Of a DNA stretch of 64,000 nucleotides, positions 62,588-64,000 are shown in pieces. The stretch's first letter is position 1, and every line of letters begins with the position of its first letter. This stretch comes from Macrostomum lignano. Lineage: Eukaryota. The notes under the pieces were generated by a model that saw only the letters and a program-made list of their open reading frames with translations, had not been told where the DNA came from and did no database searches. The stretch spans positions 124,001 through 188,000 of the forward strand of contig NIVC01001242.1 of the NCBI GenBank assembly GCA_002269645.1. Direction: 5' to 3'. A program made the position numbers and the translations under genes.

Positions 62588-63108
62588 CAAGAGACAGGGG
62601 CGCCGACCGAGAGACAGGAGCGCCGACCGAGAGACAGGGGCGCCCACCGAGAGACAGGGGAGCCCAAAAATTGACAGGGGAGCCCAACAGGAGACAGGGG
62701 CGCCGACCGAGAGACAGGGGCGCCCAACAAAAGACAGGGGCGCCGACCGAGAGACAGGTGCGCCCACCGAGAGACAGCTAGGGGCGCCCAACAAGAGACA
62801 GGGGAGCCCAACAAGAGACAGAGCGCCCAAAATTGACAGGGGAGCCCAACATGAGACAGGGGCGCTCAACAAGAGACAGGGGAGCCCAACAAGAGACAGA
62901 GCGCCCAAAATTGACAGGGGAGCCCAACATGAGACAGGGGCACCCAACAAGAGACAGGGGCGCCCAACAGGAGACAGGGGCACCCAACAGGAGACAGGGG
63001 CGCTCAACAAGAGACAGGGGCGCTCAACAAGAGACAGGCGCGCCCATCAAGAGACAGGGGCGCCCATCAAGAGACAGGGGCGCCCATCAAGAGACAGGGG
63101 CGCCCTCT
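62588..63108. repeat. 21-bp minisatellite GAGACAGGGGCGCCCAACAA, inverted relative of 3612-4080
   Basis: The flank TTTTGCTACCTCTTG (62531-) is the reverse complement of CAAGAGGTAGCAAAA (~4127-4141), so the flank is shared as well. Confidence 0.9.
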
Positions 63109-63493
63109 AATTAATATTCCTGTGTACACCACTATTAATAGAGTCTGTGCCACCTTATTCAAAACCGATTTTGGCCGACATATAAATGTCAACGTTCATC
63201 GGTCCAATGTAAAAAACACCTTTTTGCCAGCCACAGAATGTCTTAACCTCGTTTGAACCTAGTTGTACTTACATGTACGTTTGCAATAAGCTCTTTAAAT
63301 TAGCACCTGCTGCAAGATTAAGTTCAGTTATAGCTAGGGCATGATTTACGCTTAAATGTGTATAAGCGCGTCTTAAAATCAGCCTAAAGGCAAGTGACCT
63401 AGAAGACAGTTCTGTCTGCAGCAATGAGCAGGTGGTTTTATCCGACTTGAACTAATCACTCGTATTCACCTTCATTTTCGTGTCCTCTACACT

Positions 63494-63780
<287 letters not shown>

Positions 63781-64000
63781 ATACATGTAGATGTATAAAG
63801 CGACCCATCAAGGTCAACCAAAATTGAAGTAACTGATCTGTGTGTGCATTAAGCAGTTTTTCATGCAACGTGAAGCTGTAGTTGACGTTTTTAGCTGTCT
63901 TGGAGTCCTAATTAGAGGCCTGCAGTTTTATATGATGGGGCGTTTATTCTTTGTGCCTTAAAGTTTCGTTTCTCCGCGTTTGGAAATAATTACAGTGTAA

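Overview
Eukaryotic (animal) genomic DNA with GT-AG introns and many minisatellites, SINEs and MITEs; there are no prokaryotic features and no CRISPR array. The gene content and repeat style would fit a free-living flatworm such as Macrostomum, but that is inference only. The left 30 kb is a head-to-tail minus-strand array of at least five related, exon-shuffled genes for Crumbs-like EGF/laminin-G surface proteins, which I reconstructed by hand with phase-consistent splice sites. E (30050-24080) has 10 EGF, 2 LamG, TM and tail. D (23341-11480) is a chimera with 11 EGF, 1 LamG, TM and tail. B (10729-7640) has 2 EGF, TM and a Tyr-motif tail. A (5226-1783) is EGF-only with no TM. Z is a leader exon at 466-370 that runs off the window. 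Upstream on the same strand are KDSR and ALG2. Upstream of ALG2 lies a sharply bounded 2.9-kb domain with a single CpG, in which a SINE copy shows CpG and CpA hypermutation. The right half holds a 2xSRCR+ZP (DMBT1-like) gene on the + strand and an atypical rhodopsin-family GPCR on the - strand. Decayed Ty3/gypsy and non-LTR retroelements, a tRNA/CORE SINE family, MITEs and many tandem repeats are spread across the window. All gene models are manual predictions without transcript evidence.
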